A DNA stretch of 64,000 bases from Bacteroidota bacterium (lineage in GTDB: Bacteria > Bacteroidota > Bacteroidia > Chitinophagales > Chitinophagaceae), in assembly GCA_023412975.1 (NCBI GenBank), contig JAEZRB010000152.1:998-64997 (forward strand), read 5' to 3'. The notes beneath the pieces were generated by a model that was not told the DNA's origin, did no database searches, and saw nothing but the letters and a program-made list of their open reading frames with translations. Position 1 is the stretch's first letter; each line of letters begins with the position of its first letter. Shown here one piece after another: positions 28,255 to 39,655 of the stretch. A program made the position numbers and the translations under genes.

Positions 28255-31200
28255 CTATTGTGTTGATGTAAAACGGATCACTTTTACACTGTCGTTATTA
28301 TTAGCGAGTATGTATGCTTTTTGTCCCGCAACATTTATATCCAGTATGCGCCTCACCTGGCCTTTTATCGCCATCCCGTTAGCTGTCTCCGCTGTAAGTT
28401 TTCCGCCACCGTGGTTTACAAGCACTGTTCCAAAATCAGCGTCATACCTCCCCATCTGGATATTATTGTCGTAGTAATTACCCACTAAAAGAATGTCGGG
28501 CAACTTGTCATTGTTAATATCCTTAACTATTGCATCGCGATATGAACTAAGCTGGGCTTCCCATGGCAGCGCCTGCACGGAAAAATTCATTTTGCCGTCA
28601 TTGATCAGCATGGCGTTTGAAAAATATTCCGCGCTTAACACCTGTGCCTCTTTTAATTTAGCCGATCCAAAGATCTCTGAAACGGAAGCTTTGGCAAAAT
28701 CACCCGCATATAAAAATTTCTTTTTTATAAATGGTACCTGCTTTTGCAGTTCGTCTTTATTCACAAAAGTGATTTCCTTACCACCAATATAGTATGTGAG
28801 TATCTGTTCTTTCCGGCCGTTATCATCAAAATCCGCGTAGTACATTCTCACCGGTTCTGTAGAGGAAGCTTTTAATCGGCTATTTAAACCCAGGTTACCA
28901 GCAATAAAATCTATATCATTATCATTGTCGATATCAACCGGTAGCAGAAAATTCCACCAGCCTTTCTCGGAGGTTAAAGTTGTTCTTGAAAATGAACCTT
29001 TATCATTAATAAAAGCCTCGATACCTCCCCACTCACAGGTTAAGACAAGGTCCTGGTCACTATCTTTATCAATATCGACCCAGATCGCACTCGTGACCAT
29101 TCCTATCGTGACAAGGTCTTTTGCTATTTGCTGGGTAACATCCGTGAATTTTCCTTTCCCATCATTCTGCAATAAATAGGAACGGGGTGTAACACCATAC
29201 TCCCAGGGCACAGTACGTCCGCCGATAAACAAATCCAGGAAACCATCCCCGTTAAAATCAAAAGGCCTGATACAGGAACTCGTAACAAACAAACCCTGGA
29301 ATGCGTCTTCCAGTTTTTTAAAATTCGCTCTTCCATCATTAAGATAGAGCCGTGGCAACAGGTGGCGATCGGGTCCATAATATTCATTACCGCCACTTGC
29401 GACCAGGAGGTCGTTATGGCCATCATTGTTGACATCAGCCCAAACGGCGTCAACGTCTTCATACATACTGTCCCGATCCAATTCAGGCTGTGGTATGCGT
29501 GAAAACTTTCCACCGGCATGCTGCAGATAAACTGCGCTTGTAAACGTCCTGGATGAGCCGATGAAAAAATCTTCCAACCCATCGCCATTAATATCAGCAA
29601 CAGCGAGGGCGGGCCCCTCTGTAGAAATCATATGTGGTATCAGGGGCTCCCGGTTGAATTCCTTAAAGGAATTTTCAATATGCGTATAATTAATATTCGT
29701 AGAAGCGGTGATATCCTCCAGCTTACTCAAATTATTTTTCCGGAATCCGCTGATCACACCATAATCAAACTTTGGAAGACCGGCGTTATAGTTGACTGAA
29801 ATATTTGTTGGGCCAGGGAGTGTAACATGCTGGTAACTATTGTCGGGCCACACCAGTAAACATGAATCTGGCTTAATATTTCCAAGCCCGATATGTACAG
29901 GCATCAGCATACTCGACTGGAAACCGCGAACAGGAAAATTTTCGTAAACCCTCATCTCTTCCTTTGCAAACACAATTACTTTGGCACCGATCGCATTGAT
30001 GTTCTGATCCGGACCTTTAAGTTTGATCTCTACATAAGATTTACTTTTTTCATCATTGCTTTTATTTTCATAGATCAAAACTGGGTCATCAATATTATTC
30101 ACGACAATATCCAGGTCGCCATCATTGTCGAGATCAGCATAAATGGCACCGTTTGAATAGGTGGATTTATTGTTACCGATACTATCCTTGAGGTCATTGA
30201 ACTTCAGATCACCCATGTTTTTATAAAACTTGTTGGGAATCTTGATCTCCGGAAACTTGCTTATCAGGTTCATGCTACTTTCATCTACCGTAAGATCTTC
30301 CAGCCGGCTCCGGTTTGATATAAAGTTTACATAGTCCATGTCGTTCAAACGCTTAGGAATGCCGTTTGACACAAACAGGTCTTTTAATCCGTCGTTGTCA
30401 AAATCGAAAAACAGGGAAGCCCAACTCCAGTCTGTAGCGTGAACGCCTGAATAAAGTCCCAATTCGCTGAACATGCCATTGCGCCGGTTATATTGCAGTG
30501 TGTTGCGGGGGAACTGGTAGTTGTAACCCGAAGCTATTTTATCAAAAAAGATATCATACTCATCTTCTCCATATGAGCGCTTCAGGATGTATGGGTCTTC
30601 CGGCAACATATCCATGGAGAAGATCTCGGGGTAACCGTCATTATTAATATCTGCCGCATCCACCCCCATCGAGAATTTACTGGTGTGCATTAGCTGCTGG
30701 TTATTCTGATCTTCAAAAGTTCCGTTGCCCTGGTTTATATATAAATAATCATTCTCGTGAAAATCGTTCCCGATATAGAGATCAGGATGCCCATCGAGGT
30801 TAATGTCTGATACTACAATGCCAAGTCCATAACCAATCGTGGAACTATTAATGCCGGTTGAACGTGTTACATCCTGGAAGATCAGGTCACCGCCAGGTAC
30901 GGACGGATTGCCTGGTCCATCATTGCGAAAGATCCTGTCGCCTGAAAGCTGGTTATAAGTACCCAGGAAGTTACTGCGTCGTGCAAAAGAGCCGTTTTGG
31001 TGAACCGCATGGTTAAGCAGGAACATATCGTTATCTCCATCCCCGTCATAATCAAAAAAAGCGGCCTGCGTGCTGAAACCTGAGAAGTCAAGACCATATT
31101 GTTTGGCCCTGTCTTCATAAGTGGGAATACCACTTGCGCTAATCCCTTTACAGATGAGTAATTGATTCCTGCTATTTAGCACCTCGTAACTACCAACCTT

Positions 31201-31617
31201 ACAGATATAAATATCCAGTAGCCCGTCGTTGTTAATATCTATTACCGATACACCGGTCGACCAGCCCTTGTCCTGCGGTATGCCTGCTTCCGTTGTAGCG
31301 TCCTGGAAGACCATACCACCCTTGTTGATGTATAGCTTATTATCACCCTGGTTGGAAGAGAAAAACAAATCAATCCTGCCATCATTATTAAAATCACCTG
31401 CACCAATTCCAGCCCCATTATAAAAATACATGTAGTTAAACATGTTGAATCCGGTGGTTGGCTCCAGTTTATTGACAAATTCAATCCCCGTCTTGCCGGG
31501 ATCCAGCGCTACAAACATAGGACTGCCTACATCAGATTTTGATGCGCATCCGAATAGCGTGACCACCGCGAACAGCGAAGAAACTAAAAAGGTATTATGG
31601 TTATATCGAGGATTCAT
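28255..31617 (-). CDS. VCBS/FG-GAP + ASPIC/UnbV lipoprotein
   Basis: YFYNGAGIGAGDFNNDG, repeated DxDxDGxxD, AIGAKV, RGFQSS; lipobox FGC. Confidence 0.9.
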   Translation of the reverse strand: MNPRYNHNTFLVSSLFAVVTLFGCASKSDVGSPMFVALDPGKTGIEFVNKLEPTTGFNMFNYMYFYNGAGIGAGDFNNDGRIDLFFSSNQGDNKLYINKGGMVFQDATTEAGIPQDKGWSTGVSVIDINNDGLLDIYICKVGSYEVLNSRNQLLICKGISASGIPTYEDRAKQYGLDFSGFSTQAAFFDYDGDGDNDMFLLNHAVHQNGSFARRSNFLGTYNQLSGDRIFRNDGPGNPSVPGGDLIFQDVTRSTGINSSTIGYGLGIVVSDINLDGHPDLYIGNDFHENDYLYINQGNGTFEDQNNQQLMHTSKFSMGVDAADINNDGYPEIFSMDMLPEDPYILKRSYGEDEYDIFFDKIASGYNYQFPRNTLQYNRRNGMFSELGLYSGVHATDWSWASLFFDFDNDGLKDLFVSNGIPKRLNDMDYVNFISNRSRLEDLTVDESSMNLISKFPEIKIPNKFYKNMGDLKFNDLKDSIGNNKSTYSNGAIYADLDNDGDLDIVVNNIDDPVLIYENKSNDEKSKSYVEIKLKGPDQNINAIGAKVIVFAKEEMRVYENFPVRGFQSSMLMPVHIGLGNIKPDSCLLVWPDNSYQHVTLPGPTNISVNYNAGLPKFDYGVISGFRKNNLSKLEDITASTNINYTHIENSFKEFNREPLIPHMISTEGPALAVADINGDGLEDFFIGSSRTFTSAVYLQHAGGKFSRIPQPELDRDSMYEDVDAVWADVNNDGHNDLLVASGGNEYYGPDRHLLPRLYLNDGRANFKKLEDAFQGLFVTSSCIRPFDFNGDGFLDLFIGGRTVPWEYGVTPRSYLLQNDGKGKFTDVTQQIAKDLVTIGMVTSAIWVDIDKDSDQDLVLTCEWGGIEAFINDKGSFSRTTLTSEKGWWNFLLPVDIDNDNDIDFIAGNLGLNSRLKASSTEPVRMYYADFDDNGRKEQILTYYIGGKEITFVNKDELQKQVPFIKKKFLYAGDFAKASVSEIFGSAKLKEAQVLSAEYFSNAMLINDGKMNFSVQALPWEAQLSSYRDAIVKDINNDKLPDILLVGNYYDNNIQMGRYDADFGTVLVNHGGGKLTAETANGMAIKGQVRRILDINVAGQKAYILANNNDSVKVIRFTSTQ

Positions 31618-31629
31618 GGGGTAATCAAA

Positions 31630-34600
31630 CTATTTTTCAAATCGGTATAGCAATGGTTGCATATTATTCCTGGCAAAAAGAATAAAGTCCCGTCCATTTA
31701 TGTTTACCTGCTTAATATCCCTTACCTCACCGCTGATGCTCAAACCCGAATCGGCAGAACTAAGCCTTTTGAAATTTCCTTTACCATCATTGATCAGCAC
31801 ATCGCCGCAACTGGCGTCAAGCCGGCCAAACTGGGGGGAGAAGTTAAAATTGTTACCACCAACCACCAGGTCGGGTTTCTGGTCATTGTTTACATCCACC
31901 ACCGCGATAGCGTGTACACTCGACAACTGCACCATTAGAGGTAGTTTGGTAACCCGGAAACTTCCTTTCCCGTCGTTCAACGCGACAATGGATGCGCAGA
32001 AATTAAATTGCTTTATCGAAGCACCTTCAATAGCTTGCTTACTGAAAATTTGTTGAATGGACTTGCCGGCATAGGCGCTATTCTTTAAGTTCTCCTTCTT
32101 GAGCGCCGGGAATTGCTCTGTCAGATCACGTTTTGTCAGGACCGGCATATCGCGGCCATCGACAGTACGGGTTACAACCTCATCTGTCACACCGTTCTGG
32201 TCGAAATCATACAGCCACATTTTAACGGGACGGGTTTCATCTGGCCGCAGGTAAAAATTCTCACCAATATTACCCAGCACCAGGTCCTGCTTCCCGTCAC
32301 CATTCAGATCAGCGGCCATAATAGTCTCCCAGCGTCCATGTAAATCGGTCAGGCCGGTATTGCTGACTTCATCAAATGTTTTTCCATTGTAAGAAAATAT
32401 CCGCGGCGACATCCATTTACCTACAACGATCAGTTCTTTTTGTGCATCGCCCTGCACATCGGCCCAAACAGCGTCGGTGACCATACCAGCGTGGGAAAAG
32501 ACTTGACCCACCTCTTTGGTGACATCGGTGAATTCACCTTTCCCACTATTGACATACAGGTAACTAGTCGGCGTCTTTCCATATACAAAGGGTACACTGA
32601 GACTACCCACAAACAGGTCAAGGTCACCATCATTGTCAAAGTCATGCGCCACCGCCACAGAAATATTCATGTCGTTCGGCGGGAAAGCCACGTTATCGGC
32701 TTCAAATTCGCCCTTCCCATTGTTTCTATAAAGCCTGTGTTGTAATTCGCCTGATCCGGGACGTGAGGTGTTGCCTCCCGATCCGATAAACAGGTCAAGA
32801 TCTTTATCACCATCGCAATCGAAAAATAATACCGCTACATCTTCAAGGCCTGCAAACTGGTCAAATACTTTTTGCTTTTGCAGCACAAAGCCGTCAGCCG
32901 TTTGGAAATATAATTGCCCCGGTTGTCCTTTCGCCCCGGCTATATAAATATCTTCGAGGCCGTCGCCGTTCACGTCGGCTTTCGCAACTTTCGGCCCTTC
33001 CCTGGAAAGCATTTCGGGCAGATTACGCTCATAGTAAAAGTCGAGGTAATCGTCTTCTTTATGTGCGTTAAGGTTATTTTCAACCGGCGAGAATAATGCA
33101 GCGATTTGCTGAGTCGGGGTTTTTTGAAGTGAGCCATTTGCACCGTCCTGCTTCAATTCGTGTACTGAATTTAACCCGGGCTCCACAAGCCGGGTAAAGG
33201 TCCGGTCGGGCCAGGTAATAATGACCGAATCTATTTTTTCTGCGTTGCCAATGCCAACGATCTGCTTGTAATCAACTGATGACTGAAACCCGCGGCTGGG
33301 ACCAATCTCCCGATGCAAAATCTGGTTACCCAGGTAAATCTTTATCTGGCTGCCAATGGCAAATGTGTTTTGGCCTTTTCCCCGAAGTGAAAAACCGATG
33401 TAATTATTTTTACTATTCTCCCGGCTGTTGTTTTGGTAAATAAATGCTTTTTCATTGACGTTATTGATGATCAGGTCAAGATCGCCATCGTTGTCTAGAT
33501 CACCATATGCTGCGCCATTTGAAAAAGATGGTTTGGTAAATCCCCAGTTCGTACCCGCATCTGAAAATTTTAAATTGCCTTCATTTTTAAAAGCCTTGTT
33601 CAGGATCGGCACCGAAGGTATTTTTGAAATTACTTCATCAACCTGCTCCTTTTTGCCGGTCAAAACCATGTTTTGGATGATATCATTGGCAAAAAAATCG
33701 ATAAAGTCAAGATCCGTGACATCACGATACAAACCATTGCATACATAAAGATCAGAAAGCCCGTCATTATCGGCATCGAACATCAGGGCGCTCCAGCTCC
33801 AGTCGGATGCAGACACCCCGCTAAAGAAAGCGGTCTCAGAAAATTTGCCATTACCATTATTGACCTGTAATACATTTTGCATCAATTGGTGATAAAAGCC
33901 CTGCTTTACCTTAAAACGATACACATCGATATTGTCAAAGGATGAAGTTGTTTTTATCCTGTAATCTTCATCGGGCAACATGTCTGTCGCGAAGATGTCG
34001 ACATAGCCGTCGTTATTGATATCACCCATATCAGCACCCATGGATGCCAGGCTGGTATGCCCCATCCATTCTTCCACTTCATCGCGGAATGTGCCGTCTT
34101 TTTGATTGATGTATAAATAATCCCGTTCAAAGAAATCGTTGGAAACGTACACATCCGGGTAGGAATCGTTGTTTACGTCGCCGACAGTAACGCCCAACCC
34201 AAAACTGATCAGGCTGCCGTGTACGCCGGCTTCTTTACTGATATCCGTAAACCTGCCATTATCATTCCTGAAAAAACGATCCCCGCCACCTTTCAAAAAA
34301 TCTGGTACGGGCCAATCTGCCGCTTTCAGATCACGTTTGTTAGCATAATTGAGTGTATTAACCGGGATAAAACTATTGTTGATGATAAAGGCGTCGAGAT
34401 CACCATCGAGATCATAATCAAAGAATGCAGCATGAGTCGCATAGCCGCCTTCATTGGCAAGCCCATATTCCTCGGCCGCTTCCGTAAAACTTACTTCGTC
34501 ACCCGAGCCAGCCTTTATGCCACTATTGATATACAGTTTACTTTTCGGCGCCATCCCGTCTATATAGCCTGCGCTGCAAACATAGATATCGAGCCAGCCA

Positions 34601-34974
34601 TCGTGGTTAATGTCAACCATCACAACACCTGTGTTCCAATCCTGTTTCTCTCCCACGCCGGCTTTTTCCGAAATATCTTCAAATTGCCAGCCGCCTTTAT
34701 TCTTATACAATTTATTACTTCCCATATTGGCAGTAAAGAAGACGTCGGCGAGACCGTCATTGTTGATATCCCCAATCGCCACACCACCACCATTATAAAA
34801 ATTGCGGTAGGTAAGAACATTAAAATCTTTTGTATCCTGTACCGTATTGACGAAATCGATACCGGTCTCTGCTTTGAACTCAAACAATGGTTTAACGGAA
34901 TCCGGCTTGTCGCATGAAACAAAACAACACAATAAGATCGCTATAATGCAACACCAAAAAATGTTATACTTCAT
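31630..34974 (-). CDS. VCBS/FG-GAP + ASPIC/UnbV lipoprotein (paralog)
   Basis: NFYNGGGVAIGDINNDG, RGFQSS; start MKYNIF; lipobox VSC. Confidence 0.9.
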   Translation of the reverse strand: MKYNIFWCCIIAILLCCFVSCDKPDSVKPLFEFKAETGIDFVNTVQDTKDFNVLTYRNFYNGGGVAIGDINNDGLADVFFTANMGSNKLYKNKGGWQFEDISEKAGVGEKQDWNTGVVMVDINHDGWLDIYVCSAGYIDGMAPKSKLYINSGIKAGSGDEVSFTEAAEEYGLANEGGYATHAAFFDYDLDGDLDAFIINNSFIPVNTLNYANKRDLKAADWPVPDFLKGGGDRFFRNDNGRFTDISKEAGVHGSLISFGLGVTVGDVNNDSYPDVYVSNDFFERDYLYINQKDGTFRDEVEEWMGHTSLASMGADMGDINNDGYVDIFATDMLPDEDYRIKTTSSFDNIDVYRFKVKQGFYHQLMQNVLQVNNGNGKFSETAFFSGVSASDWSWSALMFDADNDGLSDLYVCNGLYRDVTDLDFIDFFANDIIQNMVLTGKKEQVDEVISKIPSVPILNKAFKNEGNLKFSDAGTNWGFTKPSFSNGAAYGDLDNDGDLDLIINNVNEKAFIYQNNSRENSKNNYIGFSLRGKGQNTFAIGSQIKIYLGNQILHREIGPSRGFQSSVDYKQIVGIGNAEKIDSVIITWPDRTFTRLVEPGLNSVHELKQDGANGSLQKTPTQQIAALFSPVENNLNAHKEDDYLDFYYERNLPEMLSREGPKVAKADVNGDGLEDIYIAGAKGQPGQLYFQTADGFVLQKQKVFDQFAGLEDVAVLFFDCDGDKDLDLFIGSGGNTSRPGSGELQHRLYRNNGKGEFEADNVAFPPNDMNISVAVAHDFDNDGDLDLFVGSLSVPFVYGKTPTSYLYVNSGKGEFTDVTKEVGQVFSHAGMVTDAVWADVQGDAQKELIVVGKWMSPRIFSYNGKTFDEVSNTGLTDLHGRWETIMAADLNGDGKQDLVLGNIGENFYLRPDETRPVKMWLYDFDQNGVTDEVVTRTVDGRDMPVLTKRDLTEQFPALKKENLKNSAYAGKSIQQIFSKQAIEGASIKQFNFCASIVALNDGKGSFRVTKLPLMVQLSSVHAIAVVDVNNDQKPDLVVGGNNFNFSPQFGRLDASCGDVLINDGKGNFKRLSSADSGLSISGEVRDIKQVNINGRDFILFARNNMQPLLYRFEK

Positions 34975-34980
34975 ATTATA

Positions 34981-35015
34981 AAAAAGAAAAAAGGTCACCT
35001 TGTGAATGACCTTTT
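34981..35015 (-). terminator. Terminator-like hairpin between susD and ASPIC/UnbV genes
   Basis: AAAAGGTCA...TGACCTTTTTTC on the minus strand. Confidence 0.7.
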
Positions 35016-35037
35016 AAATATAAATCAAAATACTTGT

Positions 35038-36576
35038 TTAATTCTCGTAACCTGGGTTCTGAACAAGGTTTGGATTCACCGCCAGCTGGTTACTTGGGAT
35101 GGGGAATAAAAGACTTCTTGGATCGCTGGTACCTTTCTCCTGCCATGGTTGCAGGAATTTACCAAAACGGATCAGGTCATTTCTTCTCCAGCTTTCCCAA
35201 TACATTTCCCTTCCACGTTCATCTAGCATAGAATTTAAATCCAGCGAAGCGAGTGGAGTAGCGCCTCTTTTTGCACGCAGGTCATTGACAATCGTCAGTG
35301 CATCACCTGCATTATTATTACGGAGTAATGCTTCTGCCTTCATCAGCAAAATATCAGGATACCTGAACATCACATAGTCATTATCCTTAACACCATTTCC
35401 GGTTCCATACTTATAATCAAACGGGTATTTAATAACACGAATACCTGTAAACTCCAGGGTATTAGCGTTATCTTCTACTAATTTTACACCTGGTATAAAA
35501 GCCAGCGGGGTGCCGTTCCTGTCCTCCAATGGAGCGTCGGTTGTCAGGTTATACTGTTGTCCTGCGAGGAAACCCACGTTTACTCTATGGCCAGGATTCG
35601 GTGGTGCCCCGGGATAGGTGTAGTATGCACCACGTCTTTCGTCTGTTGCCTGGAATTTATCGTAAAAATCAGACAGGGTTGCAAAACCATTCCATCCTGA
35701 AGGACTCATGTTGTAGTGGCTCACCATGAATACAAAGCCAGAAACATCCCCGCCGGTACCATTAGCACCATCAGCATTGAATGTAAAAATAGACTCCTTC
35801 GATTTTGCATGATTATCCGGAGCAAAGGCATCAAAGAAATTGTCGTTTATCTCATAAGCACCACTACCGATGATAGCATTGGTTTCATTTAGCACTTCGG
35901 TCAACTTTGGAAAAGTTGGATTTGCCCGGTCCATATATACACCGTAGTTGAGATACACTTTTGCCAGCAAGGCACGTGCAGCATTTTTTGTTGCCCTGGT
36001 GGCCGGTCCACCATCTGGTAGGTCAGGGATGATACTGGTAAGTTCACTGATAATAAAATCTGCCGCTTCCGTTCCTTTCAGGGTTGTAGGCGATAGTTTA
36101 TAGTCGGTGAGGTTCTCACGAAACGGAACCTGGGCAAATCCATCCAAAACCCAAAACACAGACATGGCGCGGATGAACCTTGCTTCAGCGGCCTGCTGGG
36201 GTGTGGGATTGTATTGTAATACACTGGACGCAGCAAACTGTGTGCTCAGCATGGAAGTAAACCAGCCAACTATATGATCCTGGTCGTTGCTCCAGGAATG
36301 GGCATGCAGGGCTTGCCAAACGCCGTTGTCGAACCAGTCCGCGCCACGGGTAGGAGCAATAGCCTCATCCGAAGTGATGGTGGTAGCCGACCAGATCGGT
36401 CCATTTCCCAGGAAAGGACCATACAAGGAATTATATGCGTTGACCAATAGTCCCGAAGCTGTGATACTGCTATTATCAACAGATTCCAGCTCCCCTGTAA
36501 ATTTTTCTTCCAGCTTAGTACAGGAAAACATGAACGCTGCCAGGAATACGATCATGAAAAGTCTTATATATTTCAT
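35038..36576 (-). CDS. susD: RagB/SusD lipoprotein
   Basis: FSC lipobox, FRYPDILLMKAEA, DERGREMYWE, RNDLIRFG, QNPGY. Confidence 0.95.
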   Translation of the reverse strand: MKYIRLFMIVFLAAFMFSCTKLEEKFTGELESVDNSSITASGLLVNAYNSLYGPFLGNGPIWSATTITSDEAIAPTRGADWFDNGVWQALHAHSWSNDQDHIVGWFTSMLSTQFAASSVLQYNPTPQQAAEARFIRAMSVFWVLDGFAQVPFRENLTDYKLSPTTLKGTEAADFIISELTSIIPDLPDGGPATRATKNAARALLAKVYLNYGVYMDRANPTFPKLTEVLNETNAIIGSGAYEINDNFFDAFAPDNHAKSKESIFTFNADGANGTGGDVSGFVFMVSHYNMSPSGWNGFATLSDFYDKFQATDERRGAYYTYPGAPPNPGHRVNVGFLAGQQYNLTTDAPLEDRNGTPLAFIPGVKLVEDNANTLEFTGIRVIKYPFDYKYGTGNGVKDNDYVMFRYPDILLMKAEALLRNNNAGDALTIVNDLRAKRGATPLASLDLNSMLDERGREMYWESWRRNDLIRFGKFLQPWQEKGTSDPRSLLFPIPSNQLAVNPNLVQNPGYEN

Positions 36577-36595
36577 ACAGCCAAAAGTTTAATTT

Positions 36596-39595
36596 TTATA
36601 ATGAAAAGCTTACCCCCAACTGGAAAGTACGTGCTGAAGGATAAGGTATATACTCAATGCCCAATGAAGGAATTCCGTCGTAACCGCCATCAGTATTGAC
36701 CTCGGGGTCAAATCCTTTGTATTTGGTAATTACAAACAGGTTTTGGCCGGTAAGTGATATATACAAATTCCGGATGTTCCTTCCGATATCACCCACTCTG
36801 TACCCGATGCTCAAATTTGCAAGTTTCAGGTAATTACCTTTTTCGAGATAGCGTGTGGAGGGAGCCGCAGAATTCGTAATATCTTCTTTCACATCCCCTT
36901 CTAGCAAGTCTTTTGTAATATTTTGGCCTCTACCCAGATTAGTAATACCAAGTACAGAAGCTGCAGTGTTATTGAAAATTTTATGACCAAAGGTGCCGTT
37001 AAAGTTTACCGCCGCAGAGAATTTTTTCCAGGTAACATCTGTTGAAAAGCCTAATAAAGTGCTTGGGTTAGGGCTACCTGCATAAACCTGACCATTCAAG
37101 ATGTCCTTGCCAGTTACTTTGTCGAGGCCGTCCCATTGATAAAGGTACCATACATTCAGGGGTTGATTTGCAATTAATCGTTGCCCTCTCGTATTTGAAA
37201 AGCCTTGTCCTCTTAGTTCAGCAGTTTCATAGAAACCCTTCAACCCGGTAACCTCATTATCCAAAAAAGATACAATCGCACCAACATTCCAATTTAAATC
37301 AGATCTACTAATAATAGAACCATTCAGTACTAATTCCACGCCTGAATTAATCACTTCTCCGTCGGGCAGGTTTTTCCATATTTTACCTGCGGGAGCAGGA
37401 AGTGCAAGTGTTTCCTCATATAAGACATCTTTGGTCGTTTTATGGAAATATTCAAAGGATCCCCAGATACGACTGTTTAAGATGGTGAAGTCGATACCAG
37501 CATTTATCGTCTCAGAAGTTTCCCATTTTAAATCCGGGTTTGCCCAGTTGACCCTGTCCTGTGGCCACTCAGACCCATTATATTTACCAAGCACAAACCT
37601 ATCCAATGCAGCGCCAGAAGGAAATTCCTGGTTACCCGTTATGCCCCAGCTCACTCTGACCTTTAAATTGTTTACAAATGCTACGTCGCGGAAAAAATCT
37701 TCATTTGATGCATTCCAGGCTGCAGCCAGGGAAGGGAAATAGCCATACTTGTTGTTCTCACCAAACTTAGTTGATCCGTCTGCGCGGAAAGTACCTGTAA
37801 ACAGGTATTTATCTTTGAAATTCAGGATAACCCGGCCAAAGTATGACTGCAACTCAGTTGTAGGATCGTCAAATTGAAATATATTACGTTCACTTTGGGA
37901 GGACACTCCTATCATGTCATAATATTTCAATCCATTGTTTGGGAAATCCCTGCCAAACAACCCGCTTCCTTTTGTATCATATGTCAGCCACTCATGTCCG
38001 ATAACCGCGTTCAAATTCAAATTTGATGTTACGTCTTTTTGAAAATTGAGGGTATTGGTAATCTGAGTATTGGTTTGCTCCTGATTTCTTACAAATGCTG
38101 CTCCCCTGTTCTCAATACCGGGCTGGTTATATATTCTATTAAACTGTCCTTTACGATTACCAATCTGGCGATTCACACTATACAAAAACCGGTACTCCAG
38201 ATCCTTAGTAATTTTATATGAAGGTGAAATACTTCCAATGATCGTAGTCACCTTTGCTTTATCCTCCACATATTGTAACGAGGTCATTGGGTTAATTGTC
38301 GTACTTCCGTGTTCTACAAACGCAGAATCCGTACCCGGGATAAACAAAGGACGCGTAGGATTCCATTGAAGTGCCTGAGAAATCAGGTTTCCATCAAAAC
38401 CTACAAAAGCCGAAATTGGTGCAATATTTTCGTTCGTTTGCGTGGTCAAAACATTGATATCAAGTCCAAGTTTCCTGCTTTCTAAAAACTTGAAACTAGT
38501 AGTCAGATTCGCAGTTACCTTTTGCAGGTCAGAATTTTTAATGACACCTTTTTGATCAAGATAACCGACCGACAGACGATAGCGGCCATTTTCAGTTCCA
38601 CCGCTTACGGCTGCATTATAATTTTGCACTGATCCGGTACGGGTTATTGCATCAAATGCATTGACGCTACTTCCATAATCACCGTTACGACGACCAGTAC
38701 CCGGGTCGACCGGACGTTCATACTCAACGAGTGCAGCTCTATATTCATCAGCATTCATCACTTCCAGCTTTTTCGCCACATTGGCGATACCGGTAGCAGC
38801 GCTTACATCCACTTTTGGAGCACCGGTAGTGCCGCGTTTAGTGTTGATGATTACTACGCCGTTTGCACCCCTGGAACCGTATATCGCTGTTGCAGAAGCG
38901 TCTTTCAATATTTCAATGCTGGCGATATCATTAGGGTTCATATAATTCAGAGGGTTACCACCATCATTTCCAAAATTACCACCCTCAGCACCCGGACGGG
39001 CTGAACCACCTGATAATGGTATACCATCGAGGACAAACAACGGTTGGTTGCCTGAACGGATAGAAGATGAACCGCGGATCCTGATAGTAGTGGAACCGCC
39101 TGGCTGACCGGTATTATTGATTACCAGTACACCAGCAGCCTTACCCTGGATCAACTGATCGGGTGAAGTATAGGTTCCCTTATTAAAATCTTTTGCCTGT
39201 ACTGAGGCAACCGATCCGGTCAGGTCCTTTTTCCTGGCGGTACCATAACCGATCACCACCACTTCGGTCAACCCGCCGCCAGTGGCAATGAGGGAAATCT
39301 CAACCGAGGATCTCCCGGAAATGTTTACTTCCTGGGTTTCAAACTCGGCAGATGAGATAACTAAAACGTTATTGCCAGCAGGCACGTTAAGGCTGAAGTT
39401 GCCATCAGCGCCTGTAGAGGTACCCGTAGTAGTACCTTTTGGTTGTACGGATGCTCCCACGACAGGAGAGCCGTCTTTTGAGTCAGTAACTTTACCCGTT
39501 ACTACCCGATCTTGAGCCAATAAATTGAGAGAAAGAAAACAAAGGAATACCGGCATGAAGATCACTGAGAGTAATCGTCTCATTGACATAAGCAT
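36596..39595 (-). CDS. susC: SusC/RagA TonB-dependent transporter
   Basis: EVVVIGYG, LKDASATAIYGSRGANGVI, NPDLKWE, DPEV. Confidence 0.96.
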   Translation of the reverse strand: MLMSMRRLLSVIFMPVFLCFLSLNLLAQDRVVTGKVTDSKDGSPVVGASVQPKGTTTGTSTGADGNFSLNVPAGNNVLVISSAEFETQEVNISGRSSVEISLIATGGGLTEVVVIGYGTARKKDLTGSVASVQAKDFNKGTYTSPDQLIQGKAAGVLVINNTGQPGGSTTIRIRGSSSIRSGNQPLFVLDGIPLSGGSARPGAEGGNFGNDGGNPLNYMNPNDIASIEILKDASATAIYGSRGANGVVIINTKRGTTGAPKVDVSAATGIANVAKKLEVMNADEYRAALVEYERPVDPGTGRRNGDYGSSVNAFDAITRTGSVQNYNAAVSGGTENGRYRLSVGYLDQKGVIKNSDLQKVTANLTTSFKFLESRKLGLDINVLTTQTNENIAPISAFVGFDGNLISQALQWNPTRPLFIPGTDSAFVEHGSTTINPMTSLQYVEDKAKVTTIIGSISPSYKITKDLEYRFLYSVNRQIGNRKGQFNRIYNQPGIENRGAAFVRNQEQTNTQITNTLNFQKDVTSNLNLNAVIGHEWLTYDTKGSGLFGRDFPNNGLKYYDMIGVSSQSERNIFQFDDPTTELQSYFGRVILNFKDKYLFTGTFRADGSTKFGENNKYGYFPSLAAAWNASNEDFFRDVAFVNNLKVRVSWGITGNQEFPSGAALDRFVLGKYNGSEWPQDRVNWANPDLKWETSETINAGIDFTILNSRIWGSFEYFHKTTKDVLYEETLALPAPAGKIWKNLPDGEVINSGVELVLNGSIISRSDLNWNVGAIVSFLDNEVTGLKGFYETAELRGQGFSNTRGQRLIANQPLNVWYLYQWDGLDKVTGKDILNGQVYAGSPNPSTLLGFSTDVTWKKFSAAVNFNGTFGHKIFNNTAASVLGITNLGRGQNITKDLLEGDVKEDITNSAAPSTRYLEKGNYLKLANLSIGYRVGDIGRNIRNLYISLTGQNLFVITKYKGFDPEVNTDGGYDGIPSLGIEYIPYPSARTFQLGVSFSL

Positions 39596-39638
39596 TCGTT
39601 TTTTTGAGGTTTAGCAGTATTGAAATCGCAACAGTTCC

Positions 39639-39655
39639 TGTGTAGCTGGTACACA
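39639..39655. promoter_or_regulatory. NrtR-type operator upstream of susC (39595)
   Basis: TGTGT-AGCTGGT-ACACA (GT-N7-AC). Confidence 0.7.
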
